NCBI GenBank assembly: GCA_964016885.1
Contig: OZ024740.1
Location: forward strand, 300,576,001-300,640,000
Direction: 5' to 3'
DNA length: 64,000 nt
DNA from: Eledone cirrhosa
Taxonomy: Eukaryota
Of the stretch, positions 1 through 13,560 are shown piece by piece. Below the pieces are notes generated by a model. The model was not told the DNA's origin and made no database searches. It saw only the letters and a program-made list of their open reading frames with translations. Numbering within the stretch: the stretch's first letter is position 1; every line of letters begins with the position of its first letter. The position numbers were made by a program, and so were the translations under genes.

Positions 1-1823
1 GTTACTATTTTAGTATGGAATACCTCAGGAATTAGAGTGTTGGAAGATTACCTGTATTCTAAATTTCTTCCAAAAATTATGTATAAAATGTTTTGGGATT
101 AGGTCTTAAATAGTAGGTATAGCAAGCTCTCAGTGATATTAAGGTCGTATGCCCATATAAAGAGACAAAACTCCTAATGCATTAACTTAAATAAGAAAAC
201 TTCCTCTTTATTAGTTAAGACATTTTGAATTGTGTGGCTTCTTGGAGATATACTAAAGAACATTCAAAGTAACACAATTCAAATACTCTTCAACAGATGA
301 CTTGCACTTCATATTCTCAACCATTGATCGTCGACGTATATATAAAACAAATGAAATACGATATTAAGCACTCGCAGATCATGAATATGTAATACTGTTT
401 GCATAAATGGATACCTCCGCTTTTGAGTTACCATGTTCTCTAAGTTTCAGACGTATTACAAACGTTAGGAAGCGTGTGTATCGCTTTCTGACTTCTGATA
501 ATTATTTTAAATATTATACACCCATGAGTCCTTTTGGTATTTTCCATTCAAATGTTTACCTGTTCGTAATTATCCTATTTAGCATTCCCTGCAGGCTAGG
601 AAGTTTGAAGCAATCATGGTCTTGGCTACTGTGAAAATCCTATAACCCGCAAATCTTATATTAAAGTGAAGTTTTCATACGTGATTCCTGTTTCACAGCT
701 TTGCTCCTAGGTTCCGGAATGTTGCATAGGGAATAATGTTTCGAATAGGAAGTTCATAGACTATATATCCTTGGTAGATACTCTCTATAATCCCATGACA
801 TATTGTCCACTGTTTCGATTAAATTATATGAAACATGTTTTTTCTGAAATAGATGTATATATTAAGAAACAAATTGGGAAATCAATATTCTCTAATTGAA
901 AAGTCATATGTAGAGAGTTCAATTGCAGAGTAGGATGACCAGATTACACATTTGATGAATAAGACTGCGCGTACACTTATAGTAGTTCCATGCAGTTATA
1001 CAATTACCGAATTTGTAGCGACGTTTCTGATCTAGTAGCTTGCGGAGAAAATAAGTTTGATTCATGACCATGAATCTAATGTGTTCTTAGGAATATACAC
1101 GTTTCAGCATAGTTAAGATACAATGGCTAAGAACAACAGTTTCGGTAAATGCTATATTTGATAAATTGATTCAGCAGAGAAATGTGTGTGACAGGTAACT
1201 AGGGGTGTCTCAGTGCGGAATTTAAAAAGAAACTATGTATTTGATAATTTAGTACACGAATTACTCTTTACAAAAATATTAAATTTCGACGAAATTAGAA
1301 CAACACCTCTATAGAGTGCAAGGACATTCTTTGCCAGATATTTAATATCTCATTTCCATCTAGATTACCGAAAGCAATAACGGTCTGTAGGTTAATTATA
1401 GCGGCATGACCTGATATTTTATCAACTGAGAAGGTAAACGAACCTCAGTGTATTGTTATTGCTGTTATAAACATAGAATTGAAATTAGTTATTAACCAGG
1501 TTCAGAGATATACGTTTAAAGTTATTCAGAACTGTGAATATCATCTACATATATAATAATAATAACTGAAGGATGTAAGCTTTTAACATTCTTTTGATTG
1601 AGGTGAATATATTCTGTCATGGAGGGAAGATAATGAATAGCGCGGCAAGAAACATATATTCAAGCAGAGTTCAATCTCTTTCAAGTAATTATTGGGATAT
1701 AGGTGGCGAGATGTATTTACATTTATTAAAATAATTCTTATTTGTAACGAAGTAAACTTGGCTACGATCTCTATGCTTACAGCCAGCTAATGTATGTTGC
1801 ATGTAGTGTTGAATTATTGAAAG

Positions 1824-1852
1824 TGTGTGTGTATGTATATATATATATACAT

Positions 1853-1900
<48 letters not shown>

Positions 1901-1903
1901 ACA

Positions 1904-1951
<48 letters not shown>
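1824..1951. repeat. (TG)n/(TA)n microsatellite, representative of many (TA)n/(CA)n tracts in the window (e.g. ~18510-18680, 36510-36620, 40374-40590, 51215-51295, 53183-53260)
   Basis: Directly visible dinucleotide runs; they explain the YIYI/THTH/CVCV ORFs in the track. Confidence 0.98.
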
Positions 1952-1955
<4 letters not shown>

Positions 1956-2669
1956 GACCATGGATAAGTATCACTATATTTTTGGTGTTTCCTTTTCTGT
2001 ATATAAACATATAAATTTATCGGAATGGTTTGGCAACCAAGAGAAATTAAGTTTGATTCATGACCATAAACTTTCATATCATCATTTATAGTTTGAATGA
2101 AAATAAGTGCACAGTTGTTTACTCGTTTCTGGGAAAAACCTGGCGGGTGGACTGTAACTATAATTCAAAACACCAAATCGTGTAATAAGTGACTTATACT
2201 ATACATACATCAACAACTTAACAATTCTGTTAGAGAATGTATAATACACATTACTCAGGCTATTGTCGTGTCCGCTGAATTTGTTATGTATGGATGTATG
2301 CATGTTTCTATGCATGGATGTATGTAAGGCTATTTTCCATAATACAGGGCTATGTTCCCGATTATTTAAGCTAATAATTATAGCAATCATCTGTGCTGTT
2401 CACAATTAGTCTCCGCGTTCGATATTTGAATTTCTCTACTAGAAATATACATATGTATTGTTGTAGTGACTTTTGTTAGCAACATCTCTCCGCCCACAAT
2501 TTTGAATGTGTGACACCGCGAACGTATTGTTATTACTCTGAGCTATAATTTATCGATTTATCGATATCATCTCCTTGAGTGTCCCGTGCGAGCTGCTGAA
2601 GATTAAATTCGACAAATGTTAATCGCAGCTGCAACTTAAATTTACTCACTATTATTATTATTATTATTA

Positions 2670-5600
2670 ATATTAATATTGTTCTTTGAGTCTCAGTCAT
2701 TGATCTTAGTTAATTGGAAAGTTTGTTGAAATGAATATCAAGCCACTACCTGCAGCCTCAGATATTCAGGACGTATCGGAGGGTTCTTGCTGTTCCCAGC
2801 AAGCATGCCTTTTGAAGTGTTCCAAAAAGCGGGGCGTGATCAATTTTCTTTAACCATCCCTGGAAACATTTTGAGATAGTACCTAGTGCGCCTATGACAA
2901 TCGGGACCACTTTGACTTCATGGCAGTTCCAAATCCTTTATACCTCCCACTTTAAGTCCTGGTATCGGTTAATTATCTCCCTCTCCTTCTCTTGCACTCT
3001 CGTGTAAAATGGGCAGGCCACATACACAATTAGGCACGATCTTTTTTCCTTGTCCAAAGCCACCAGGTCAGGTCTATTGTGTTCAAGTTTCTTGTCCGTC
3101 TGTATTCTAAAATCCCATAGCACCTTCACCTGATCGTTTTCTATCACCGTCTCTGGCTTATGCTTATACCTCTTCTCAGAATGTGGTAACTTGTTTACTT
3201 TGCATAGGTGCCAGTGGATCACCCTGCTTATCACATAATGTCTCCAGCCTTTATAGCTTTATAGTGAGTCTGGTTTAGGTGTTTACACTCGGATACAATG
3301 TGAGCCACAGTCTCCTCTCTCTCTCTCCAGAGATTCTACACAGTGGGCTAGCTTCCTCCTTGTAAATATCGTGTTTCACCCACTTCGTTTTGAGGGCCTG
3401 CTCTTGCGCAGCCATTAGCATTCCTTCTGTAGCCTTTTTAAGGTCTCCTCTTTTCAACCAGGTCCATGTCTGTGGGTCTCTAAATTCAGTTATCTCAAGG
3501 AAGGTACTATGAAGGGATTTTTCATGAAGGTTGGTTTTCCTCCTTGTTGTTAGTTCCTCCTTGGATATCCCCTGGTCTATTGTTTTCTCCTTCAATACAA
3601 TGTTTAGTATTGGCTCCCTACTGTCGGTCACGTGTTTGTGCAGGTTGTTTTTCTCCATCTGAACACAGTCCTCTATGACGACAAGACCTCTTCCACCTTC
3701 ATATCCCTTTAAGTAGAGTCTATCGACATCACTCCTCTTGTGGAACATGTTGTAGATACTCAATAGCTTCCTAGTCTTCCTATCCATTTCTTTTTGTTCA
3801 GCAACATTCCATCTCAGAATTCCCGCACTGTACCTAATAATAGACACAGCTCGGGAATTCACTGCACTTATGGCATTCCTACTATTTAGATGTGATTTTA
3901 ATACGCTCTTTACTCTCCTAATGTACTCAGATCTTATCAATTCCTCATTTTTTTTTGTTCTTGATATCATCTGCCTCCGGAACACCTAACTATTTGTATC
4001 CTTCTTCAGTGTCAATTTATTTTATCATCTCACCTGTTGGTATCTGGATTCCGTTGCTTCTGCCCAATTTACCCCCTCTTCATCACTAGGACTCCACACT
4101 TATTAATACCGAATTCCATACATATATCATTGCTGAAAATACGGACAGTGGCAACAAGTACATCCAACTCCTTCTCACCTTTCCCAAAGAGTTTAAAATC
4201 GTCCATGAAGAGGAGGTGGTTGATGGTAAGCTCTCCTTTTACCAACTTGTATCCTGCTCTCACCTTTAGCAATATGATGGTCAGGGTTATCAGGGCAAGG
4301 ACAAAGAGCAGAGGGGACAAACTATCTCCCTGGAAGATAGCTCTCTTGATCTTCACGCCTCCCAAGGATTCTCCATCCGATGTTGACTCTGTTTCCAGGA
4401 CGCCATACTTTTGCTCAATAACTGTCTGATGTTATCTGCCACCTTGAAGATCTCTAGGCTTTTGGTGATCCAAGAATGAGGTACCATGTCAAATGCATTT
4501 TTGTAGTCCATCCATTCCATGGCAAGACCAGTGTGTCTCCTCTGGCAATTTCTCATTACCATCTTATCAATAACTGGTCTTTTGTACCACGGGACTTCTT
4601 TCGGCCTCCGTCCGGTAACAAGTTGTTTATGTGGAGATGATGGTAGATTTCCTCAGACACAATACTTGTTAACAGTTTCCACATTACGGACAAACATGTG
4701 ATAGCTCTATAGTTGGTAACATCATTACCCATGATTCAATCTTTCATTACCTGAACTGTGGTACATTTTGTCAACCGCTCTGGTACATCACACGACATCA
4801 AGCCGTCATTGAACATGGCTGTCAGTTTCGGGTCGAGGGATGTCATGTTTTTAATCCAATACCCCTGCACACGATCTGGGCCTGGTGATTTCCAGTTGGT
4901 TAGTTATTTGACCTGCCCTTTAAGAGTGTGATACTCAAATCAGTTTGTTGGTGTGCTTGTTCACTAATCTCCTTTTGTACTGTCTCAATCCACACTGCCT
5001 GACTATCATGTTCAAAATCATGCCCCCATATTCCTCTCCAGAATGTCTTAGTCTGTTCCGGCTCAGGGATCAAGTCGTTGTCTCTTTCTTTCCAATCAAG
5101 CTGTCCAAACAGAATCTTCTGGTTGTTGTCAAACATGCTGTTCTGTTTAACTTTCCAATGTCTTTTCTCATCTCCTTGATTTGACCATTCAGTCGTTTTT
5201 TCCACCAAGGTTCTGATCTTTCTTGTTTGTTGTCTCCTCTCGTTTTTATGCCAAGTAATTTCCTCACCGAATTTGCTGTAGCTTTGAGGATATTATTGCA
5301 TTAGTGAAGGTTCTCGCCTCAAGGTATAGAATGACTTTGTTTACCTTAGCTGTTGTTTCTTTTAACTTTTTCCTGTCTACAAATCTTAGGTTCATAGGTT
5401 TTCCACTATCATTGTTCATTTCCTCTACCACTAAGTTCAGGATATCAACCAAATATTGTCCTAGCCCGTCTGCTTTAATTTCCTCAATGGCCGTATCTTT
5501 GTTCCAGATGTTATTTATTTCAGCATTCAGATCATTGTCTGCTTCGGTTGGTTCCTCCGTTCCCTCAACCTTTTCACCTTCATTTCCCACTGGCTCGTTT

Positions 5601-6060
5601 GCCTGACATACTCCACTCTCCATTTCCAACTTAATCTCTCTGCCCAGTTCCTCCAATTCCAACTCGCTTATCCATCCATTAGTTCTTATTACCCGAGCCT
5701 GCCCGGCCAATTTTTGTTCATCTAATTTAAATAGACCAATCTCGTTCCAGATGTTATGCCTCCGTTTCCTATAGCTTTTTTCCATGGGGTTACTCTTCAG
5801 GTAACATTCCATGACAGTTCTATTCAATTCTTTCGTCCAGTTGGTTCTTGTCTCTTTCCTTCTTCTTATTCCTCCAACACCAGCAGTATCTGTATGACAG
5901 CCAGGTCCCTGCTGCTGGGCCAGGGAGAATTTGCTGGGTGAGAGTCTTTTACATGACGTTCCAGTCTCCTCTTCACCGTTATTCGAACTGTTTAGGTTCG
6001 ACTTTTAAACACTCATATCGAGGATTGGTGAATGTATGGTTACAGAACGACCGGTGATTT
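2670..6060 (-). mobile_element. Decayed, near full-length R4/Dong-clade non-LTR retrotransposon (RT + restriction-like endonuclease)
   Basis: Collinear minus-strand fragments: N-terminal VMECYLKS..DEQKLAGQARVI, NWKSPGPD, NYRAITCL, DYKNAFDMVPH, IFQGDSLSPLLF, HLLFMDD, EGGRGL, MAAQEQAL, SPLCR and RLE WDFRIQTD..HNRPD..VACP. Many stops and frameshifts. The 3' end abuts an (AAT)n tract at ~2651-2680, the target type known for Dong. Confidence 0.9.
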
Positions 6061-6172
6061 TAGCGTGGCACCATCATGTTGTAGACGAACATATATAAAT
6101 AAACAAATGAATAGATAAAAACTTTAAAAAATAAACATAAGTTTCATTGAAGTGTTTGAATGTCTGACTTAG

Positions 6173-6280
6173 TTTTTTTTTTCTTTTTTCTTTTTTCTTT
6201 TTTCTTTTTTCTTTTTTTCTTTTTTCTTTTTTCTTTTTTCTTTTTTCTTTTTTCTTTTTTCTTTTTTCTTTTTTCTTTTT
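6173..6280. repeat. (TTTTTTC)n heptamer tandem repeat
   Basis: Directly visible. Confidence 0.95.
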
Positions 6281-6470
6281 CAAGGCCAGTAACATCGGTT
6301 ACTAGTGTTCTTGTTGCTGCTGCTGCTGCTGTTTTTGATTTTAGCTACGAGAGAAGTAGGGATTGTTGCGCTGAAAACTTTTGAAATTTCTTTTTCTTTT
6401 GTTGTTGCATTTGTTTTTGTTTCTGTTCTGTTCTGTAATTTTTCGACTTGTTGCTTCTCATTATTATTAG

Positions 6471-6603
6471 TGTCGGACACGTCCCTTTACGGTCTGAGTT
6501 TAAATCCCGTCGAGGTTAACTTTGCCTTTCATTCTTACGGGGTCGATAAAATAAAGTACCAGTAATGTAGCAGAAACAATAGCAGAAACAATTATTATTA
6601 TTA
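6471..6603 (+). mobile_element. tRNA-derived SINE, partial copy
   Basis: Core GAGGTTAACTTTGCCTTTCATTCTTACGGGGTCGATAAAATAAAGTACCAGTAATG and GAAACAATTATT tail shared with the other copies. Confidence 0.85.
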
Positions 6604-7158
6604 TATTAAAGTTTAGATTTGACATCGTTTAAACTAAACATTTTAAGTGAGTTTAGATATACAACAACAATAATTATTACGGTGTTGGTGTTAGCTGTTT
6701 GACCAGGTCACTAAATCAGTCTGTTTATATATTTTGGTGACTTCCTCGTTTCTAGTCATGTGTAGTGGTACTACTACCATCCCTCTCTTAACAGGAGGTA
6801 GTGGGGGAATAGTGGTGGTAGCGACGATGCAGTGGTGACGGTGGTGATGGGACAGCAGTACTGTAGCTGATGGTGTTGTAGCAGCTGTTGGTTTGTATCT
6901 AGCTAACTTTTTTGTGGTAGTCGTGGTGGTAGCGGCGGCGGTGGTGGTGTTGGTGGTGAAATTACTTGGTGGTGAAATTATTTTTCAACAGCTTAACACG
7001 TTTTCAACCGTTCTAAACCTTTTATTCAAGTTTCAAACTTGATAAAAGATCAGAAGAAGTGACCCACCTAATACAGGGGTTGACTCGTAAATAATACGGC
7101 ACCCCTTTACGGGGTGTCGTATTGTGTAAAAATATTATTTGAAACAATTTTCTTTCAA

Positions 7159-9640
7159 CATGGATAACACAATACAGATAGAGAGCGCTGTCAGACAACA
7201 CAGAGAGTGGGAGAATTTGTCAGCATATCAACAAGACATCGTTACAGTGAACTTAAATTTAAAAGAAAATATTACGAAGGAAAAGAGGAACACTAGCATT
7301 TTTAATGATATTGTTACAGATTTAAAATTACCAAATGTTTCTAACACAAACAACAGCAACAATAAAAACAAAAACAACACCATCAATAACAACATTAACA
7401 ACAAAAACTACAGCGGTATGGTCGAGAACGACAATAACAAAAATAACAGCGGTAAGGTCGAGAACCACAATAACAATAACAATAACAACAGCCACAACAA
7501 CAATAATAGTAGGAACGTAATCAACAAAAACAACAATAATAACAACAGCCACAATAACAGTAACAACAGCAACAGTATCAACGAAACCAACAACGACAGC
7601 AACAACAGCAACAACAGTACAAACGAAAACATCAACAATGACATCGATAACTGTAACAGCGATCTCAGCACCACCAGCAGGACCAATAGCGGCAGCAATA
7701 GTGGTGCTGCTGAAAAAGGGACCACTTCTTTTGCAGGTGTCGCCTGAAATATCGAAACAGTATTAGTCACAGAGGACGAGATGGCAGTCGCAAGGGCCAT
7801 GGTGACAAGAAACGCCAATAGAGTTTCCTTGAAACCTCCACCCGATTTTTTCAAGGACCAGCAGCTACGGACGGTAACTTTCCGCGCCGTAAGCAAAATG
7901 TCACATCGGGTGGAGAGAGCTCAAATCCAAAAAGCCTTGGGGTGCGTCTGGGCACGCAAAACCCACATCACCCGAGGCAGAAAGTATGCCCTCCTACTGC
8001 GGTCAGAAAATGTTGAGGGTCAAAATTACCCAGGTACCATCCGAATTGCCCATACCTTGGCTGGCCGCGTCTGACCTTGCTGGAATCGAGGACACGACAA
8101 CCATGCTGCAAGTAGAGAAAATAAGGAGAGAGAACTGGTCAGGTATAGGCATGCAAATGCTTATACAAACTGACCAGGAATGTATCGACGCTATCCCCGA
8201 TATCATAGACATCGAGGAAGGACTCCAACTACCTATAAACGTAGAAGGAAGACGGCCAAAATGTTATCTCTGCGGGTCAAAGGGTCACCTCAGGGCCTTT
8301 TGCCCGCAGAAGACAGCGAAGAAGAAGGCCCCTCTCCTTCCAATACCTGGTCGGCTGCTACCAAGAGCAGGGCAGGTAACAAACGCAGAAGCCCCTTCCA
8401 CGGTGAGTAGAAGGGCAACGTCCGTGGCACCCGTACCAAGGCCACAGATAACCAAAGCAGCAGCATCAGTAGCGGCAACACCAGTAGCTACATTTGCAGT
8501 AGCTGCACCAGCAACAAAATTGCCGGAAAGGGCTCCACTACCACCACCAACCTCCGTGGAGCACATACCCTTCCCAGACGCCACGGAATCCGACATGTAG
8601 TCTGAGGCGGGAGGGAATTGGCAAACGATCTGCCACAAAAAAAACAAAAGAGAAATAAACCCTTAGCTTCAGCCTCCAAAACGAAGGCACACAAAGAGGG
8701 CTAAAGGCTGCAAGGAGACTTGCAGCAACACTACCACCATCATCACCACAAACACCACCGCCAACAACAACCACACCACCACCACCAGCATAACAAAAAC
8801 ACCAACAACGCAAACAAAACAAAACAAAACACACACACCAAACAGCAACAAGAAGAAAACAGCAACACAATCACCGCTCCCCCCAAAAAAAGTACACAGC
8901 CATAAACATGACAAATAAAGAACTAAAGCAGCGGCAGCAGGGGGCAACCCCAACAGTCGCAGTAGCTACGCCGGCGGTAACATCGCCGGAGCGGGCTCCA
9001 CTACCACCACCAACAGAAGTGGAGCTCATGCCCCTCTCGGACGCCGCGGGGTCCGACATGGAGTGTGAGGCAGAAGGGAAGTGGTAAACGATCTGCCACA
9101 AAAACAAAAAAACAAAAAAAATCTTAGCTCACCCTCCAAAAGCAAAGGGAAACAAAGAGGGGTAAAGGCTGCAAGGAGACTTGCAGCAACACCACCACCA
9201 TCACCATCACCACCACAAGCATCACAACCAACAAAAACCACACCACCACCAGCATCACCAAATACACCAAAATCGCAAACGCAACAAAACACACACACCC
9301 AACGGCGACAACAAGAAAACAGCAACAAAATTGCCCCTCCCCCCCAACAAAGTACACAACCATAAACATGGCAAATAGAGAACTCCTACAACATATAAAG
9401 CAGCAACACAGACGTCACAGAAAAAAACTACTACAACCCCACCAACACCAAGAACTCTCCCGACAAGCATAAGCATCATTGAAATCTCAATAAAACATAA
9501 ACTTTTAAAGCAAAAATTCCCCAACCCAGTTGGAGACTCCATAGGGTCGGTTACCAAGAGGATATACACCGACATCCTCTTGGAAACACCAATGGCCAGC
9601 CAAAAGGACGATTCTACTGTCCATTCACCACACGATCAAG
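7159..9640 (+). pseudogene. Tx1 ORF1 (gag-like), disrupted
   Basis: Asn-rich N-terminus, SFAGVA, VKITQVP, VEGRRPKCYLCGSKGHLRAFC (CX2CX4HX4C) and a Pro/Thr-rich tail. Stops at 7745 and 8598, plus frameshifts. Confidence 0.8.
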
Positions 9641-9689
9641 GTAAGTGATCCTTTCTCACTTACCCCGTTTCTCATCCAACATTGCCGTA

Positions 9690-12600
9690 CTTAGAATAGA
9701 CAGTATAATTGTACATGCCCTGGGGTCATCTTGGAAGCAGGGTCACTTGCTCAACGATTTCAGGTCACTAAACATAGATGTGGTGGCCATCAGCGAGACC
9801 AGAATCTCCGAAGCAAGTGTCTTCGCACCGATCTTCGGCGGCTACAATGTATACGCATCTCCCAGCCCTCCAGGATCGGGGGGAGGGATGCCGTGCCTTT
9901 TCGGAGAGGCTTGGATCTCGCCACACGGGCCATCTTCCTGGACCCAGAAGGTAAGTCGGTGGTCTGTACGTGATCGGCAGCGAAGGCAATCCTTTCAGGC
10001 TAGTAGCCGTCCACGTCCCATCAGGGGCAGCACGGCCAGATTTCTTCAGATGTTTAGAGAACTTTCTTAGAACGTCCCGCACTTTAGTGTTAGTGGGCGA
10101 CTGGAACGGTATCTTAGATGCACGCTGGGATTATGTGGGGCTAGTAGACAGGGCAGGAGAGTGTAAAATCTTCAACAAGCTGCTCAGACGTTTTGAACTG
10201 TCTGACAGGTATCGACTGGATTATCCGAATGTGCCAATGTGGACATGGGCAAACCGCATCGGGTCATCCAAATCGTATTTAGATAGGGTATTCTGAAGGG
10301 AAACAGATAAGGGTAGTGTAGGTTGTCCACAATTTAAAGTAGTCGATTACATGGACCACAGATTTGTGATCTGTGAAGTTGACTTAGATAGACACCATAG
10401 GCAAGGGCCCGGTTACAGGAAGCTGAACTCATCGTTCCTGGTGCGCAGAGATTACAGAGACCGGATTAGCGAATTAGTTAAGCGTGCGTTGACGAGTGCG
10501 ATCGTCAATAACAGGTGGTGGTTTATCTTGAAAAGGACTATAAGAGTGGAATCGATAAGGTTTAGCAAAGGAGTAGTGATAGAGGAAAATAGAGTAGAGG
10601 GAGTGTTAGTTAGAAAGTTAGAAGAGGCGTTTAGGACAGGCATCGCAACCGACGTGCTTGCGGCCAGATTGGCACTCGACCAATTCTTGAACGCAAAGCA
10701 TGAAGGCTGCGTTGTCAGAGTTAGAGCGCGTGCTCTAAGAAAGGAGGGGACGAAAGCCGTACAATGGGCCCATGTGGTGGAGGCGCGACGTGACACAAGT
10801 CCACAATTCGGTATTTGCCTGATCAAAAGAGGCACATGTTGCTCGAATCGGAGCGGAAGTGTGCGGCTTTTCAATAGCACTTTGCTCAATTGTTCGGGTG
10901 CGGCGGCAGGCCAGTTCGGGGTATGGACTTCGCTGCATAACTTGACGGACTGCCGCGGCTCTCGACGACCGCAGCGCAGTGCTGCGAAAAGCCAATAACA
11001 ACAGATGAAATACGGGCTGCGATGTCTGACTGCACAAGAGGTAAATCGCCAGGTTTAGAGAGTCTGCTCTACGAGACTTATGAGTGTATGCCAGACTTAT
11101 TCGGCGACCTTTTGGCAGATGTCTACTGCAACTGGCAACAGAAGGAGTGCATACTCAGTTTCGTGAGCCGGGGAGCGGTGGGATGCTGAGAAAATACCCG
11201 AACAAGGGGAGCGTTATAGACAACTTCAGGCCCATAACCATGCTAAACGTAGAGTTTAAGATTTTGTCCAAGGTGTTAGAAGAGAGATTGGGGCTTGTGG
11301 TCGGTGATCTGGTGGGAGAGGCGCAGATATGCACCATTCCGGACAGATCCATCGACGACAACCTCCATCTCAAGCGATACATCATACAGAAGGTGGTTAA
11401 GGAACGTGGCACTGGTGGGGCCTAATCAACTTGGATCAATCTAAATAATTTGATAGAGTCGACCATCCGTACCTGGCTGCGGTCCTCGAGGCGGCCGGCA
11501 TCGGGCCCGTTGTTAGGGACTGGATCGCTGCGATGCACAGCGACATCTGCTCGATTGTGAGGGTGAATGGTCACCTGTCGCAGCCTTTCAACATCATGGG
11601 CTCGGTCCGACAGCGTTTCCCCCTCTTGTCGCTCTTGTACGTACAGGCCCTCGAGCCGTTACTGCACAAATTCGAAACGATGAGTGGGGTCCACGCGAAC
11701 TAGGATGCCTGTGATCCGTGTCAGCTTACGCTTACGACGTCGCCGTGGTGGCGTCGAACCACCAAACTCGTTTAGATGCTTGCACCGCACTCAAGGAATA
11801 AGAAGCGGTGATAGGAGCAAAGATAAACCAGGAAAAGTCGGTGGGCTTGCAGCTCGGCACCTGGAGATGCCACTCCATGCCGTCTGACAGCTTCGTGGTG
11901 TGCTGGACGGAAAGACAGGTTAAATTGCTCGGGGTGTGGCTCGGTCCGGACGTCCAGATGGAGAAAAACTGGAGCGATGTGATGAACAGGGTGCCCTCTC
12001 TCACCCAGAAATGATCCGAAAGGAGGCCGACTCTAAAAGGTCGGGCGGAGGTGGCGAATGCGTACATAGCGTCCGTCATCTGCTACCACCTGACCGTCGT
12101 ACCCTTCCCACGCCCAACTAGGACCAAAGTGAAGTGCCTTCTCTTCCGCTTTTTGTGGAAGGGACGTGCTCCCATGGTCAAACGATCCATTTGCTGTCAA
12201 CACCCGTTGCGTGGAGGACTAGGCATGCCGTTGCTGATGATGCGCAATCATGCACTGAGGCTGCGACATCTCTGGTGCTTCATTGACGGTGAACTGGTGT
12301 GTTTGCCGTTTGCCAGACGCGCCTTTCTCCAGCTCATCTCCTTGATGGAGCTGCAGTCCTGAGTCAGGAAAAGAGCGAGGGATAGCGCTTGGAAGCTGGA
12401 ATGTCTTCAAGGGCTCACCGCCCTCTACTAGCTGAGCACTAGTATCGGTGGAACATCCACCTCGGCGTTCTATAGAGGGCTAGTGGTAGGAAAGAGCGAC
12501 GACGTTCTCGGGGAGACCCTGGGCGTCGAAGACGATCACATGCTCACTCTCTTCAAGAGAAATTTCAGACCGGGGCCTCTGGACAACTTCCAGAAATCCC

Positions 12601-13080
12601 TGGCTTGGCAGTGCTACCGAGGAGCGTTGCCGGTTCGGGATAAGCTCTACAGGCGCGGAGGTGCTGTCAGCCGAGCATGTCCGAGATGCGCGCAGAGCAA
12701 CGAAACCGTTCTGCACGCACTCATTCAGTGCCCGAGGATTGCTGACTTGTGGGGCTATGTCGAACAGATTCTATGGCATGTATGTTGGAGCCGGTTATCG
12801 ACAGAGACCATGTGCAAATAGCCCGGCTATCTTCCTTTAAATAGGAGGATGAGCAGGCAGTTTTCATCTGCCTGGTGTCCATGGCGACAGAGATTGTGTG
12901 GTGGACAAGGTTGAAAGGGTTGAAGACGGACACTTTCCTCTTCGGCCAATCCCTGATTAACTTTTTCAAGTTTCACTTGAAGAGGAAAATCAGGATGGAG
13001 AGGCAAGTGCTGTCTTCTAATAAGTTTGTTGAAAGGTGGGTGAAGGTGGAGAGTCTGGTCCGAGACGCCTGTCAACTGAG
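9690..13080 (+). pseudogene. Tx1 ORF2 (APE endonuclease, RT, C-terminal zinc-binding domain), disrupted
   Basis: DVVAISETR, VGDWN, SYLDRVF, MDH, GYRKLNSS, KSPGL, NFRPITMLNVEFKILSKVL, FDRVDH, SAYAYD (mutated YADD), GGLG, CPRCAQSNETVLHALIQC. Confidence 0.9.
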
Positions 13081-13361
13081 GAGTGAGAAAAGTGAGAGGG
13101 CACTTGCCCTGGTGGTCAGGGTGGCCATGGTTGTTTTTGTGATTTTCACAACGATTTACCCTCGGAGGTTTCCCCCTTCTTGGGCAATTTCTGTTGTTTG
13201 AATTTTTTTGGATTTCTAGCCCGATTTTGTTATAACCTGTTTACACGACCAAAACCCACTTTGTATCGTCCTCTACTGTCCTGTACCGTCTCTAATATTT
13301 TTCTTCGTGTAAGGCTTTGTGGCCGATAAAGAAATCATTACTATTATTATTATTATTATTA

Positions 13362-13560
13362 GGGCGGTGAATTGGCAGTATCGGTAGAGGGTCGGGTGCA
13401 TGATTTGCAGCACAGTTACGTCCCTTTACGGACTGAGTTCAAATCCCGCCGAGGTTAACTTTGCCTTTCATCCTTACGGGGTCGATAAAATAAAGTGCCA
13501 GCAATACACTGGGATAATTGCTGGCCTTGTGCCAAAAGTAGAAACAATTATTATTATTAT
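13362..13560 (+). mobile_element. tRNA-derived SINE, full-length (~200 bp)
   Basis: A-box-like TGGCAGTATCGG, B-box-like GAGTTCAAATCCC, conserved core, tail GGCCTTGTGCCAAAAGTAGAAAC(AATT/ATT)n. Confidence 0.9.

Larger units (their letters stand above)
7139..13360 (+). mobile_element. Decayed near full-length Tx1-clade (L1 group) LINE with ORF1, ORF2, 3'UTR and (ATT)n tail; 5' boundary uncertain
   Basis: ORF1 with a CCHC knuckle is followed by APE-RT-zinc-binding ORF2 fragments in order; the element ends ...GATAAAGAAATC(ATT)n. Confidence 0.9.

Noticed and set aside
1689-2091. ORFs of YIYI/THTH/CVCV type here and throughout, and poly-S/T/V/L/H/D ORFs at 32762-33512 and 57696-57993
   Set aside because: They are stop-free reading frames of microsatellites, with no coding evidence.
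7048-7123. CAGAAGA-stem-GTAA followed by a 13-bp hairpin (7093-7123) upstream of Tx1 ORF1
   Set aside because: Both hammerhead core halves are altered and no stem I is evident. The hairpin is real, but no function can be supported.
13362-13455. tRNA gene (A/B boxes)
   Set aside because: It is the head of a SINE present in many copies; there is no cloverleaf.
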